Assembly (NCBI RefSeq): GCF_006345805.1 | Contig: NC_043001.1 | Span: 31,868,001 to 31,932,000, forward strand | Direction of reading: 5' to 3' | From: Octopus sinensis | Lineage: Eukaryota | DNA: 64,000 nucleotides | Shown: positions 52,253-64,000 of the stretch, one piece after another | Position numbering within the stretch: position 1 is the stretch's first letter | How the letters are laid out: every line of letters starts with the position of its first letter | Made by a program: the position numbers and the translations under genes | The notes under the pieces: generated by a model | Seen by the model: only the letters and a program-made list of their open reading frames with translations | Databases searched by the model: none | Told to the model about the DNA's origin: nothing

Positions 52253-52671
52253 TATAGCTTTGAAAAAAATAACTTAAAATCGAATAGCACTGTTCAAAAC
52301 CTGCTCTACGAATAAGTACAAGGTAAAATTACTACTTGATTTTATAGTAATTTGATGCATGCAGTTTATCTCGTCCCCCTCCAAATTTTAGTTCATGCAA
52401 TATATATATATATATATGTACGTATGTATGTCATTATTCAGTTTACTTCAATATTTCTTGCTAATAGAGAAAGAATCGGTTTCTAACCTAGATCCAATTT
52501 CAACATCAACGACAGGGTATTTTTGTATGTACGTACGTATGTATGTCTTGCAATTTTTTTGGTATTATTTTTACTTCATTAAATGTATTTCATTTACTAA
52601 TAGGAACTACAAAGTTTTACATGTTATATTGAAATTTTAGCGATATCCCATTAAAAATTCTTCAAAGAAAT

Positions 52672-52672
52672 C

Positions 52673-52760
<88 letters not shown>
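52672..52760. repeat. (TAA)n microsatellite
   Basis: Direct reading. Confidence 0.95.
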
Positions 52761-52761
<1 letters not shown>

Positions 52762-53020
52762 TGTCGGAACCCTGGGAACAATGAATAAAAATCTTGGAAA
52801 ATAGGGAAAATAGGGACTGCAATAAGAGTAGAGCATGGGAAAATAGTACATGGAAAATAAGGACTGCAATAAGAGTAGAGCACTTGCAGAAAACTGCTTG
52901 GAACCGCTCGAACACTCTCGATGGTGCTTGAAAAATAAGGGGTGTTACCTTAGTTCACTGGTAGTGAACAACTGACACCGTAGTACATCTCCAGCGTTAG
53001 AAGCTGTGCAAAGACAGTAA
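52761..53020 (+). mobile_element. 5'-truncated Dong/R4 LINE 3' end
   Basis: GTLGTMNKNLGK..IGTAIRVEHLQKTA..GTARTLSMVLEK* (R4 endonuclease C-terminus) with a short internal duplication; TAA repeats on both sides. Confidence 0.75.
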
Positions 53021-53039
53021 AATAACAATAATGATAATG

Positions 53040-53580
53040 ATTTCATTTATTTGCCACAAGGGTGAAGGATGAGGCGGATAATAGAGACTTAGACATAAAG
53101 TGTTGGGGGGTTTACGTATAATGAAAAGATAAAAAAAAGGAAAAGTATACACGGGGAAAAAGAATGGACATATGCATAGCATACAAAAGCAAAAACAAAA
53201 TGGCCGGGATGATGAGAGAGATGTGGCCCTCCTAATACAGGAAGGCCTCTAGGAATAATCGAGGAAACCCACAGTCCGAGATTTCCCTGAAACCCTAGCA
53301 GCAAGTATCTTTTCCAATTCTTTCCCTCCGACTCACAGGTCTACACTTAGAGAGCAACCATCCACCCTTGCCATTTTCGCAACTTTCACCCACCTTTCAA
53401 TAAACTCACTCGAAGACAGCACTTCCCTCTCCACTCTCAGTTATCTTTACAAGTGAAACTTGAAGAAGTCAATCAGAACTCTATCGAAGAGGAGTGTGTC
53501 TGACCTCATGCTTTTCAGCCTTCTCCACCAAACAACCTCATTCGTCACGAGCCACCGGAATAATGGAAAAAGCAGATGTG
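53040..53580 (-). mobile_element. L1/Tx1-like LINE 3' end
   Basis: Minus: [54 protein letters not shown], then a 3' UTR ending cccttgtggcaaataaatgaaat. Confidence 0.7.
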
Positions 53581-53615
53581 CTTCAAGAGGAAACAGCTGG
53601 GATACACCCTACATA

Positions 53616-53619
<4 letters not shown>

Positions 53620-53666
<47 letters not shown>

Positions 53667-54002
53667 ACAGATACATATATATACATTACATATATATATA
53701 TGTATATATGTGTATATATATACATACATATATATATTTGTATATATGTATATATATATGTGTATATATGTATACATATATATGTATATATATCTGTATA
53801 TATATGCATATATATACATACATATATATATATGTATTTATGTATATATACGCACATATATACATACATATATATACATATATATATATATATGTTTATA
53901 TATGCATATATATATACATATTTGTTTATATATGTTTATATATGCATATATACATATATATATACATATTTGTATATATATGTTTATATATATATATGTA
54001 TT

Positions 54003-54034
<32 letters not shown>

Positions 54035-54081
54035 CATATTTGTATATATATGTTTATAATATATATATATATATATGTATT

Positions 54082-54145
<64 letters not shown>

Positions 54146-54300
54146 TATATATGCATATATACATATATATATATACATATTTGTATATATATGTTTATAT
54201 ATATATAAATATATTATATATATATTATATATATATATATATATATAAATATGCATATATATATATATATATGTATTTTATACACACACATACACAGATA
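53620..54300. repeat. TA-rich microsatellite field
   Basis: Direct reading; source of the 199-269 aa Y/I ORFs. Confidence 0.95.
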
Positions 54301-54351
54301 TAAAGGATATGAGGAAATAAAGAATTTTCGTCAGGATGGCATACATATATA

Positions 54352-54695
54352 TATTATATAAAATCCGTTCTGTCTGTCTGTGTCTTCTAGGATCTCGGGC
54401 ATCCTCCATCCGATTGCGCTCAAATTTGATATGTAGATACCGACGGTATTAGGGCGTGTAAAAATTACAAAAATCGCTTCCAGGTGAGAATGCGATCGAT
54501 AAAACCGTGGGAACGTGCATTTGTACGCGCAAGCACATCAGTCGGAACCCGTCTTTTGCTGGTGTCTCAAATTTAGGTTAAATCAATGTTTCTCAAAGGG
54601 GAAGCCTATGGGACGGTCGGACAAGTTGTTTTGAGAAAATTTGGTTTAAATATTTGAAACTCAGCACCGTTCATCGGACGGGGGCGTTTTGCTCG
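54352..54695 (+). mobile_element. Helitron-like non-autonomous element
   Basis: tatataaaatccgttctgtctgtctgtg..ctccatccgattgcgctcaaatttg 5' module; 3' hairpin ccgt..acgg, then gCTCG|T (a CTAG variant). Confidence 0.55.
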
Positions 54696-54719
54696 TATAT
54701 ATATACATAAAACTTAGAA

Positions 54720-55105
54720 AATTTAGATAAAACTTAGATATGTTTCGACCAAAGATTGGTCCAGGCCATGTCTAACTTAATAGCACCACCTGATAGGATT
54801 ATCTAAATCCTGCTTAAGTCAAGTTTTGTTTATGGTCCATTCAAGTAGTGAGTTTTTGTTGGGTGAGTTGTATCCAATTATGGGTGGCTTATCTGGTATT
54901 CCTTGAAGAAATCTATCCAGACTCCGTTTAAAGTTGATGGGATCCTTTTCCTATTTCATCTCTTTCGGGACAATGTTAAACAGGACAGGGCCTGTTGAGG
55001 AAAAGAAATTATGTTGCAATGTACCTATATGCTGTGATCCTGAATTGGGCAGGGGACGTATAGCCCATGGTCCCAGCCTTGGATGAACCTTGAAACTATA
55101 TATAA
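54720..55105 (-). mobile_element. CR1-clade LINE 3' end (same family as 34628)
   Basis: Reverse-complement homology. Confidence 0.85.
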
Positions 55106-55858
55106 GCGAATTGTTTTATGCATATATATATGTGTATATATAATATATATATATATATATATTATATATATAATATATATATATAATTCTAGCAGCTCGA
55201 ATAATTGTATAAAGGTTTCCCGTTTGATTAAAGCGTCTGCGTAGTGTTTCCCCGGTTGGCTCGGTTCCTTGCTCACGTAATCTCTGACAGCGTTGCCATC
55301 GAAGACCATGGATCGGCGACGAGATTATTTTATAAACGCCACAGTTTAGGTATCAACATCGCCACAAAGGATATCTCATCATGTTTATCTCCACCCCCAC
55401 CCTACAACACTATCATTTCCCACCACCACCACCACCACCACCACCACTACCACCACGACCATCCTCGTTACCATTATCATCGTCATCATCATCATCATCA
55501 TCATAGTCGTCGTCGTCATCAGTGATAATATCATCATCATTGCAGAATGATGTAGCAAGGTTTCGTTAACTCTGTTATAGATATTATATTAACAGTTTTG
55601 TGCAACAATCGCCGTTGCTGGTTTATTGTTGTCGTCATTGTTGTCGTCACTGGCAGATACGTCATAGTCACAGGTGATACAATGTCGTCACGAACGGTTA
55701 TTTAAGATAGTATTCACACAGCTGATTTATTATTATTATTATTATTAATTATTATTATTATTTATTATTATTATTATTATTATCATCAATATTACTATTC
55801 TTCTTCTTCTTATTATTATGATTATTATCAATATTATTATTATTATTATCAATTTTAC

Positions 55859-55894
<36 letters not shown>

Positions 55895-55926
55895 CAGTAT
55901 TACTATTATTATCATTATTATTATTA

Positions 55927-56338
55927 TTACTCTTTTACTCTTTTACTTGTTTCAGTCATTTGACTGTGGCCATGCTGGAGCACCGCCTTTAATCGAGCAA
56001 ATCGACCCCAGGAATTATTCTTTGTAAGCTTAGTTCTTATTCTATCGGTCTCCTTTGCCGAACCGCTACGGGGACGTAAACATACCAGCATCGGTTGTCA
56101 AACTATGTTGGAGGAGGGGGGACAATCACAGACACACAAACATACACACACACTCATACATATATACATATATACGACGGGTTTCTTTCAGTTTCGGTCA
56201 ACCAAATCCACTCTCAATTCTTTGGTCGGCTCGAGGCTATAGTAGAAAACACTTGCGCAAGGTGCCACGCAGTGGGACTGAACCTGGAACGATGTGGTTC
56301 GTAACCAAGCTACTTACCACACAGCCACTCCTACGCCT
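55927..56338 (-). mobile_element. SINE family A
   Basis: Reverse complement, full length. Confidence 0.9.
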
Positions 56339-56350
56339 ATTATCATTATC

Positions 56351-56400
<50 letters not shown>

Positions 56401-56530
56401 GGTAGCGAACTGGCAGAATCGTTAGCACCGAGGTTGACTTAGCCCTTCATCCTCTCGGGGTCGATAAAATAAGTACCAGTTGGACACTGGAATCATGTAG
56501 TCGACTCATCCTCTCCTCCAAAATTGAAAC

Positions 56531-56603
<73 letters not shown>

Positions 56604-56699
56604 GTAGCAGCGAACTGGCAGAATCATTAGCGAGTCGGACAAAATGCGTTGTGGTATTTTTTCTTGTTCTTTACATAATGTGCTGAAATCCCGCCGAGG

Positions 56700-57083
56700 A
56701 CCACATGATCTTCCAGGTGGGGCCCAGTTAGAATTTTGTTCAGGTCGAGTAGTCCATCTCGCTCAAAAAGTCCCTGAATAAGGATTGTTTAAGGGTGATG
56801 AACAAAACGTGAATGTTTCCAAAGGTGAACTATACAAACTCCAAACAATTCCTCTTAACACATGGCTATGATGCTCCCCACCCACTACTTCTGCTCGTGA
56901 TCAGAGAGGCCCATTCGTCAGCCACTAAGGGACATGCAACTGACAAGCAAACCTGTGGTATTGAGCAGAATATTGACTGTAGCCCATCTTTTATACCAAG
57001 ACAAAACAATGTGCATGATAACACTTTCAATCAGTTGAGATTAGAAGACATGAGAGCCACTGCCTGGTACTGCATCAAGGCAT

Positions 57084-57133
<50 letters not shown>

Positions 57134-58030
57134 GAGTTAGGGAGCAGTGCATGCCATCAAAGTGACACTGGGGTAAAATATACGAAGCCCAGTATACCCA
57201 TCATGACTACCCATCCGATAAGGGTACACATGCATCACAACCATATGTGCGCAACATGGTGATCTCATATCAAGATAAACAGCGCATGACCTTGCAGATG
57301 GGGCCCACTTAAAATTTTCTTCTGGTAGAGTAACCCATCCCACTCAAAAGGTCCCTGAATATGGGTTGTTTAAGGATGTTGAACGAAACGCCGATGTTTC
57401 CAGGGGTGAATTATCCAAACCCTAATGTATCCCTCTCAACACATGGCTATGATGCTCCCCCAATACTTCTGCTCGTGATCAGAGATGTACATATCGTCAG
57501 TCACTAAGGGACATGCTCAAATGGTTAAGGTGAAACAACTGACAAGCAAACCTGTGGTATATTATTATTATTATTTTATTATTATTATTATTATTATTAT
57601 TATAGAGTTAGGGAGCAGTGCATGCCATCAAAGTGACACTGGGGTAAAATATACGAAGCCCAGTATACCCATCATGACTACCCGTCCGATAAGGGTACAC
57701 ATGCATCACAACCATATGTGCGCAACATGGTGATCTCATATCAAGATAAACAGCGCATGACCTTGCAGGTGGGGCCCACTTAAAATTTTCTTCTGGTCGA
57801 GTAACCCATCCCACTCAAAAGGTCCCTGAATATGGGTTGTTTAAGGATGTTGAACGAAACGCCGATGTTTCCAGGGGTGAATTATCCAAACCCTAATGTA
57901 TCCCTCTCAACACATGGCTATGATGCTCCCCCAATACTTCTGCTCGTGATCAGAGATGTACATATCGTCAGTCACTAAGGGACATGCTCAAATGGTTAAG
58001 GTGAAACAACTGACAAGCAAACCTGTGGTA
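56700..58030. repeat. Three copies of an unclassified ~430-bp family embedded in (ATT)n; the last two form a 471-bp tandem duplication
   Basis: 57131-57558 and 57602-58029 nearly identical; 56700-57085 is a diverged, overlapping part of the same family. Confidence 0.9.
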
Positions 58031-58055
58031 TATTATTATTATTATTATTATTATT

Positions 58056-58320
58056 AGGACGCATGGCCTAGTGGTTCGGGTGTTGCACTCACGATCGCGA
58101 GATGACGGTTTCACTTCCTAGACTGGGTGGTGCGTTGTGTTCTCGAAAAAAAAAAAAGCTCCATCTCACGCTGCGCTACGACCACTTCGACGCCTGACAT
58201 GTGGTACATCGTGTACCTGTTCTGGCGATGTCAATTTCCTGGAGAGAGTGAGAGCCAATGTAAAGCACTTACATTTGATCACAATAAACAAATCATTAAT
58301 GCAGGTCGTTCGGCAGAAGC
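58056..58320 (+). mobile_element. Degenerate tRNA-derived SINE
   Basis: gcatggcctagtggttcgg A box; ggtttcacttcc degenerate B box; gcgttgtgttct as in family C. Confidence 0.6.
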
Positions 58321-58909
58321 TGGACACACGTAGGTCGTCTTCGACGAGAGAGTCCATCATTATGATCATACGGTTTCCTGCAATGTTTTTGTTGTTGCTT
58401 AGTGACAGGTTAACCATGTCTTAAGAGATATGATTTAAGAGATCCTTTCTTAGACTATTCCGTTTGTTTTTACAGCCACACAAACGACTAGATTATTGAA
58501 TATGTTCAACTGCAACTTATTTTATCGACCCGAAAGAATGAAAGGGAAAGTCGACCAAGGCGGAGTTTCAACTCAGAATGTAAAAGACGGATGAAGGGCC
58601 GCCTAGTATTTTGTACAGCGTGGTGACAATTCTGCCGCTCGCTCTCTACAACGTCGTAAATAATAAACTTGAAGATACATTCGATAAATTAATACTAGGC
58701 ACCCCTAAAAACTGGGAGGAACAAGCTGAAATACCTTTGAATTTAAGTTTGCTTAATGCAGGTGAACCTGGGGCTAAATTACAGTAACAGCTGCTTTAGG
58801 TTTCACATGAAAGAGTCCAGGATATGAATGTTAGTTTGGGGGAGAACTTGATTGAAAGAGAAATTAAATAAAAGATTTCCCAACCGGAAAATGATTTAAT
58901 TAAGATCTG

Positions 58910-58946
<37 letters not shown>

Positions 58947-59339
58947 ACATACAAACCTACACATACACACACAAACACCCACACCCACGCATATACACAC
59001 ACACACACATACACGCACTCGTATATATATGACCGAGTATGCATCTATCATCTATTTCGTCACGCTTGAGAAATGTTATCTATTGTAAAGATCTACACCA
59101 CCCCTCCATTAATATTAAATCCAGTAGAGAACATCTGACTTGCAGAAAGAACATGTGATCAGAACGCTGGACATGTGATCTTGATTACATCGAAAACTGA
59201 ATGAAACTCAATTGGGTCAGAAGCACACAATGAGATTTAACCGCCAAATGACTGGCAAGACCACTCTCTCTTTCCCCCCTCTCTCTCCCCCTCTCTCTCT
59301 CACACACACACACGTACACATGCTCGCACATATATAATT

Positions 59340-59644
59340 ACAGAATGTGTTTATAAAACATCTTTTTCTCTTGGCTGTATTGAGAAAATTCTATAGTTTG
59401 TAAGATATTTGTTGTTTTTTTTTCTTCAATTTCTGCAATTTCAACCAATCAATGATGTCCATTGAGGTAAAAAGCATTCTGTGCCGTATGAATATGTCCC
59501 TCGTTTAAGAAACATTGGGTTTATTTACTAACCCTAACCCTAAAACAGATTGAAATGCAATAGATCGATACTAGGGTCATAATTATGGGTGACAATTTCA
59601 TATGACACCACTAGAAAAAGCTGCCGTTCAAACCGAAAAGATCC
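59340..59644. mobile_element. MITE with internal (CCCTAA) repeats
   Basis: Inverted homologue of 25860-26090; same terminus gctgccgttcaaaccgaaaagatcc. Confidence 0.7.
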
Positions 59645-60479
59645 GAGTTTACTCCTACCCCAGTTTTATTAGACGCTATATTTATGTATATGTCATTCAG
59701 CTTGCAAATTTTCATTGATATAAGGTGGTAGGGGTAACACAAATTTCGCATTGACGAGATATTACGAGTCTTATGTTAGCGAGAGTTTCCTATCAAGGAA
59801 GTGAGTATTTAGTCTTAATCACGTAACTTCGAGACTAATATGAGTCTCGTTAATGCGAAGCTTTCACCATTCCTTCCACTTACTTGTGTTAATAACAGTT
59901 TTGATTGAGGCAAATTTTCGTGCTCATTAAACATCAAAGTATAGCTATACAACGATTCCTACTGGCTCAATAAATTATAACAATCTGCCACAGGTATTGA
60001 GTGCTCCTTCTTCTATTAGTTACCCGTAACGTGTGTGCAAACATACACACACACACACGCACACACATACACACATATATATCTCAGGCTCATAAGTTTA
60101 AGCACACTCAAACATCCATTCACACGCACTCACCCCTATTCATACATACATACTCACATGCCCCATTCTTGCATACACACATGCGGTTACGAACCCCTGT
60201 TCAACCGGTTCACTGTTATCTCCCCTTTACTCAGCCTCTTTCGATCATTTCAGCATGTTAAATTGTTAATCCTGACATATTTTTTCCTCTGTCCGTCAAA
60301 AACGTTTCCATTCTTCCTGACGTCAAACTAATACACCTGTTTGTTGTTCCCTCACATAGCTTTATCTTTTATTTCCAGTACATGTGAACCATATATATAT
60401 ATATATATTAATAAATGAAATAAAACATATGCATATATATAAACATATATGTACGTACCTACCTCTACATGTACATATA

Positions 60480-60559
60480 CACGCATATATGAGTACAGGA
60501 CACCAAAGGGACGTCGAACACAAAGAGAAACGAAAACATAGACACAAACCAAAGGAACT

Positions 60560-60600
<41 letters not shown>

Positions 60601-61000
60601 AATGTAAAAAAAATACAAACTGGGACAAGAACGTGAAACATTTAGAAGACGATACAAAAAACACGGACGGGACATTCGAAGCCTTCAATCTTCAGTCAAG
60701 AACCGGATCATCTTCGCAATTTCGGCTGGACATAAAATACAAAATGGGAAAAGAACGCAAAACATTCGGACAACTAGGTGATACAAAAAGGGACAACAAA
60801 ACATCCAGATAGACGATACAAAAAAACAAGGGCGGGTCATTCGAAGCCTTTTATCCTCAGTCAAGAACCAGATCATCCTCGCAATTTCGGCTGATTAATC
60901 TTGAGATTGCTCCAATCTGGCCAGCCCCAAGAAAAAACTAAGCTAAGAGCATTAGATTCCTTGGAAAAAAAACCTCGACTGTATATGAAAATAAGGACGG
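60480..61000 (-). repeat. Family F repeat with internal duplicated module
   Basis: cattcgaagcctt..cagtcaagaacc(g/a)gatcatc(t/c)tcgcaatttcggctg at about 60673 and 60838; homologous to 29090-29290. Confidence 0.75.
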
Positions 61001-61319
61001 ATAAACAAACGATGTTACACTAATATAAATACAAAAATATAATAAATAATAATAATAACAGAACATAACTACAGGTGTCTTTCGACTGGGGACGAATTGA
61101 ATTCAGCTGTGGAAATGAAGCCTTACGGCAGAGGGAAGAATATCGATGTGGCATTGACCACGGTCAGACACAAAAGGGCTAGTATTAACAGTGGTTAGTA
61201 CGTGTCCATGTGAGTGTGTGAATGCTTTTGTATTTTCCGTTTTGATTTTGTACGTACTCGCATTACAAACATATACACTCATACATAGCGATATTACATC
61301 ATGCTATCTATAATGCAAT

Positions 61320-62760
61320 CTGTTAGGTCACAGTCATCGATTCTGCTCGTGAAGTCTTCTCTGCTGTCGCAAAAGGATCAATGACTTCAAGCACTTCTCT
61401 GACCTTACAACTTGCATTATTGGCAGCATGGATATAGTGTCCATATATCCATCTACCGATATTGATTTTGTTACGAATTGCGTGTCGCTGATTTGTGAGA
61501 GTGATGTAGCATTTCGCAATAATGATGCCGAACGAGGTGGGGTTCTTATAATACTCACATGTCGACAAAGAATGACCTAAAATAATGTTGCCTTGCAAAA
61601 TCCGAAATAAGTAGAATCTCATTTCCCCATAAACTCCCATGATTTATAAGAAAATGTTGTTGGTGCCCTCTCAAACCGTCTCTAAAAATGGCCGCATATT
61701 TAAATTTAATACTATACTGTATATTCCGGAGATGAATGCAATCATGGACGTCAATCTCACGAAAGACGAGACCAAGGTTTTTGGAGTATAGTTGAATAGA
61801 CACCCCAGAGAGTAACTAGCGGAGATATCTATAATTGTGGTAGTGTTGTGTACTCTTGCTATGTGTTTGACACATAGCAAGATTACACAAATTCCCCTGC
61901 GACATGATACTCGGGAACTGGAAGAAAGTGCTATAAAGAGCAACAGCATATAACAAACTCCATCCTCAAAGAGTATCAAGGTTAACCTTTGACTACTTAT
62001 TTAAACTCTAACTTGAAAATATAGACAAAGATTAACTCCCACTCTCGAGTTTTACGAAACCTGCAGTTGTCATTAAGCTGCTCTGTTAGAGAATATACGA
62101 TTCTGACAGCAAACCAAATAAGGATGCTGAGAAGTATATCTTCCGTGCGTCATCGCTGAATAAATAATGAATTATTTAGAAGAACAAAGAAAAGGTCTAT
62201 GTGCCCTATATCGAAGCAAATCTTGAATGATTTAGAAAGGAAAAAAAAATAGCTAAACAGACTAGATATATAAACAGCAAAATGAAGTGTAATATTTGTC
62301 AATGATAACCATCGTTAGCCCACAGAATTAGAAAAGCACTAAATGAAACAAAGCTTAAAATCGAAGTAAAGAACAACATGCAAACCAGTTAAGCTACTAA
62401 TAAGTAGGCCATACGCATTTGAGAAAAATAACCTATTCAAGAGCATCTTCAGAGTATACAACCACCCTTAGTGTAAACTGCAAAACAAGGTCGTAGTGTA
62501 CCGGAAAAAGTGCTTAGATGAAGGGTAAGAATGTCACAACAATATTGGTGAAACGGTCTGTATTATAGGCGCAAGAATCGGGAACATAGGCAAGAATATA
62601 ATTAAAAGAGAGAAAAATCTAGTGTCTGCAAACATAAATACAACGGTAGGATACGCAATGTCGAAATAAAAACTCTTACTGCATATTCGAAACACCTAAC
62701 GCATAGATAACATGACTCACTGTAGTAGGGCACATCCTAGAAGCAGAATCGGTACTTATG
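61320..62760 (+). mobile_element. Decayed Penelope-like element (RT and GIY-YIG)
   Basis: IGSMDIVSIYPS (61419-61454, RT motif), NGRIFKFNTILY, CYVFD (YVDD-like), LAHRIRKALNETKLKIEV, VVVY (62490)..NIGET (62541)..REH..ILEA. Confidence 0.75.
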
Positions 62761-63137
62761 AATATAGTAATATCAACCCCACAAAGCAACCACATCCTTT
62801 TCATATCCAGTGTTAATTACCACAACAAAACTCAAGGATGATGATTGAGACCAGATCGGAAGTCGATGTAAAACAGTGGGCAACATGCACACACTCACGC
62901 ACGCACACACACGCGCGCATGCACACACACAGATGCTTGGATTGTGTGTGTGTGTGTGTGTTTGCGCATAGGTATCTATGTGAGTATGAGTGCTTACAAA
63001 AGCAAGAACAAAAGCGAAAATGTAAGCACACACACACATACATACACACATGTACACCCAAATTCTTACGCATGAATAGATATTTTAAAGAAACCAAACG
63101 TTAAAAAAGAAAGCCAGTTACCGTAAGTCATATGCCC

Positions 63138-63210
63138 GTGGATATATGGCGTAGTGGTTAAGAGCGCGGGCTACTAGCCCCAAGATTCCGAGTTCCATTC
63201 CAGGCAGTGA

Positions 63211-63270
<60 letters not shown>

Positions 63271-63491
63271 GAACAATACTACTACTACTACAAACCACAA
63301 CTACAACAATAATAACAACATCGAAAAATATCTTAGGAATGAGAAACCAGGTTCGAAATTTCCCCTAGACACCTGATGAAGGCTGGAGGATATATCAGCC
63401 GAAATGTTGTGTTAACAACAAACAAGATGAGGCCAAATATCCGTCTAATGTAAATAATCTACATAATTCCTCATCTCTTAAATATAGAACT
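63138..63491 (+). mobile_element. Composite tRNA-head / (TAA)n / hammerhead retroposon
   Basis: A box TGGCGTAGTGG 63147-63157, B-box-like gagttccattcc, TAA/CAA tract, then a hammerhead at 63368-63413. Confidence 0.65.
63368..63413 (+). ncRNA. Minimal type I hammerhead ribozyme motif (one stem III substitution)
   Basis: gacac CTGATGA a ggctg-gaggatatat-cagcc GAAA t GTT gtgtt; stem I gacac/gtgtt; T at the position where C is expected. Confidence 0.6.
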
Positions 63492-63651
63492 ATACATATA
63501 AATGTTTGCATGTATTTATGTATGTATGCATATATGTATGTATATGTATGTAAATGCAGATAGAGAGAGAGAGAGGAGAGAAGGAGAGAGAGAGAGAGAG
63601 TGAGGAGAGAAGGAAAAAGAGAGAGAGAAGATACTTGCTTCGTACCTACAG

Positions 63652-63702
63652 GAACACGAGGCTGGAGACTTTTCGGGTTTTAGAGCTTTGTTTTTGAGGA
63701 CC
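63652..63702 (+). CDS. Candidate 51-bp coding microexon (unverified)
   Basis: ttgcttcgtacctacag|...|gtaagt, strong splice consensus; only the phase-0 frame is open: EHEAGDFSGFRALFLRT. Confidence 0.3.
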
Positions 63703-63897
63703 GTAAGTAAGAAAGCACCTCTGAATGGGTCGATATTCCGACTCAAGGTTAACATCCAGCCGCCGCGAGTCGTAATTTTCAACTAAGTGAACAAAGACAA
63801 AATGCGTTACCCAGTCCGAAAATGTTATCTGCTACCTTGGCCTCTAGGTTATGCGCCTCTTTAGAGGAAATATAGTGATAAACGACGCCCTTTTCAA

Positions 63898-63990
63898 GCC
63901 TATCCAGGCTCATGGGCCCGGTTTCCCGGTATCCGTGGCGTATGTGTTCCCCCAGCTGGACGGGACGACAGTTCATCGCAGCGTTACTCA
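63898..63990 (-). mobile_element. SINE family C, 3' part
   Basis: Homologous to 25468-25560. Confidence 0.8.
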
Positions 63991-64000
63991 AGAAACAGGA

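Noticed and set aside
60673-60735. Hammerhead in family F (CTGAAGA..GAATGTC on the minus strand)
   Set aside because: GAAA is replaced by GAAT, stem II is poor and there is no stem I complement.

Overview
AT-rich animal genomic DNA saturated with microsatellites and dispersed repeats. The repeat repertoire (tRNA-derived SINEs, Dong/R4, RTE, CR1 and Tx1 LINE remnants, extreme TA/TAA/TCA tracts) looks like an octopus (coleoid cephalopod) genome; this is an inference from pattern recognition, not a database match. No host protein-coding gene can be confidently supported: almost every ORF in the track is a translated microsatellite, and only a few weak candidate exons remain. Supported content: at least four tRNA-derived SINE families, several non-autonomous Helitrons, two mariner remnants, LINE fragments of four clades, two decayed Penelope-like elements (PLEs), a 7-unit ~390-bp tandem array with internal foldbacks, and a 256-bp palindrome. 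The most interesting signal is a set of minimal type I hammerhead-ribozyme motifs in three unrelated repeat families: one with an intact core (22277-22331), one fused behind a Pol III tRNA-like head (63138-63491), and a four-copy family with a fixed non-canonical CUGUNGA core. Several SINE tails also match LINE 3' ends present in the same window. Repeat boundaries were read by eye and are approximate unless termini are quoted.
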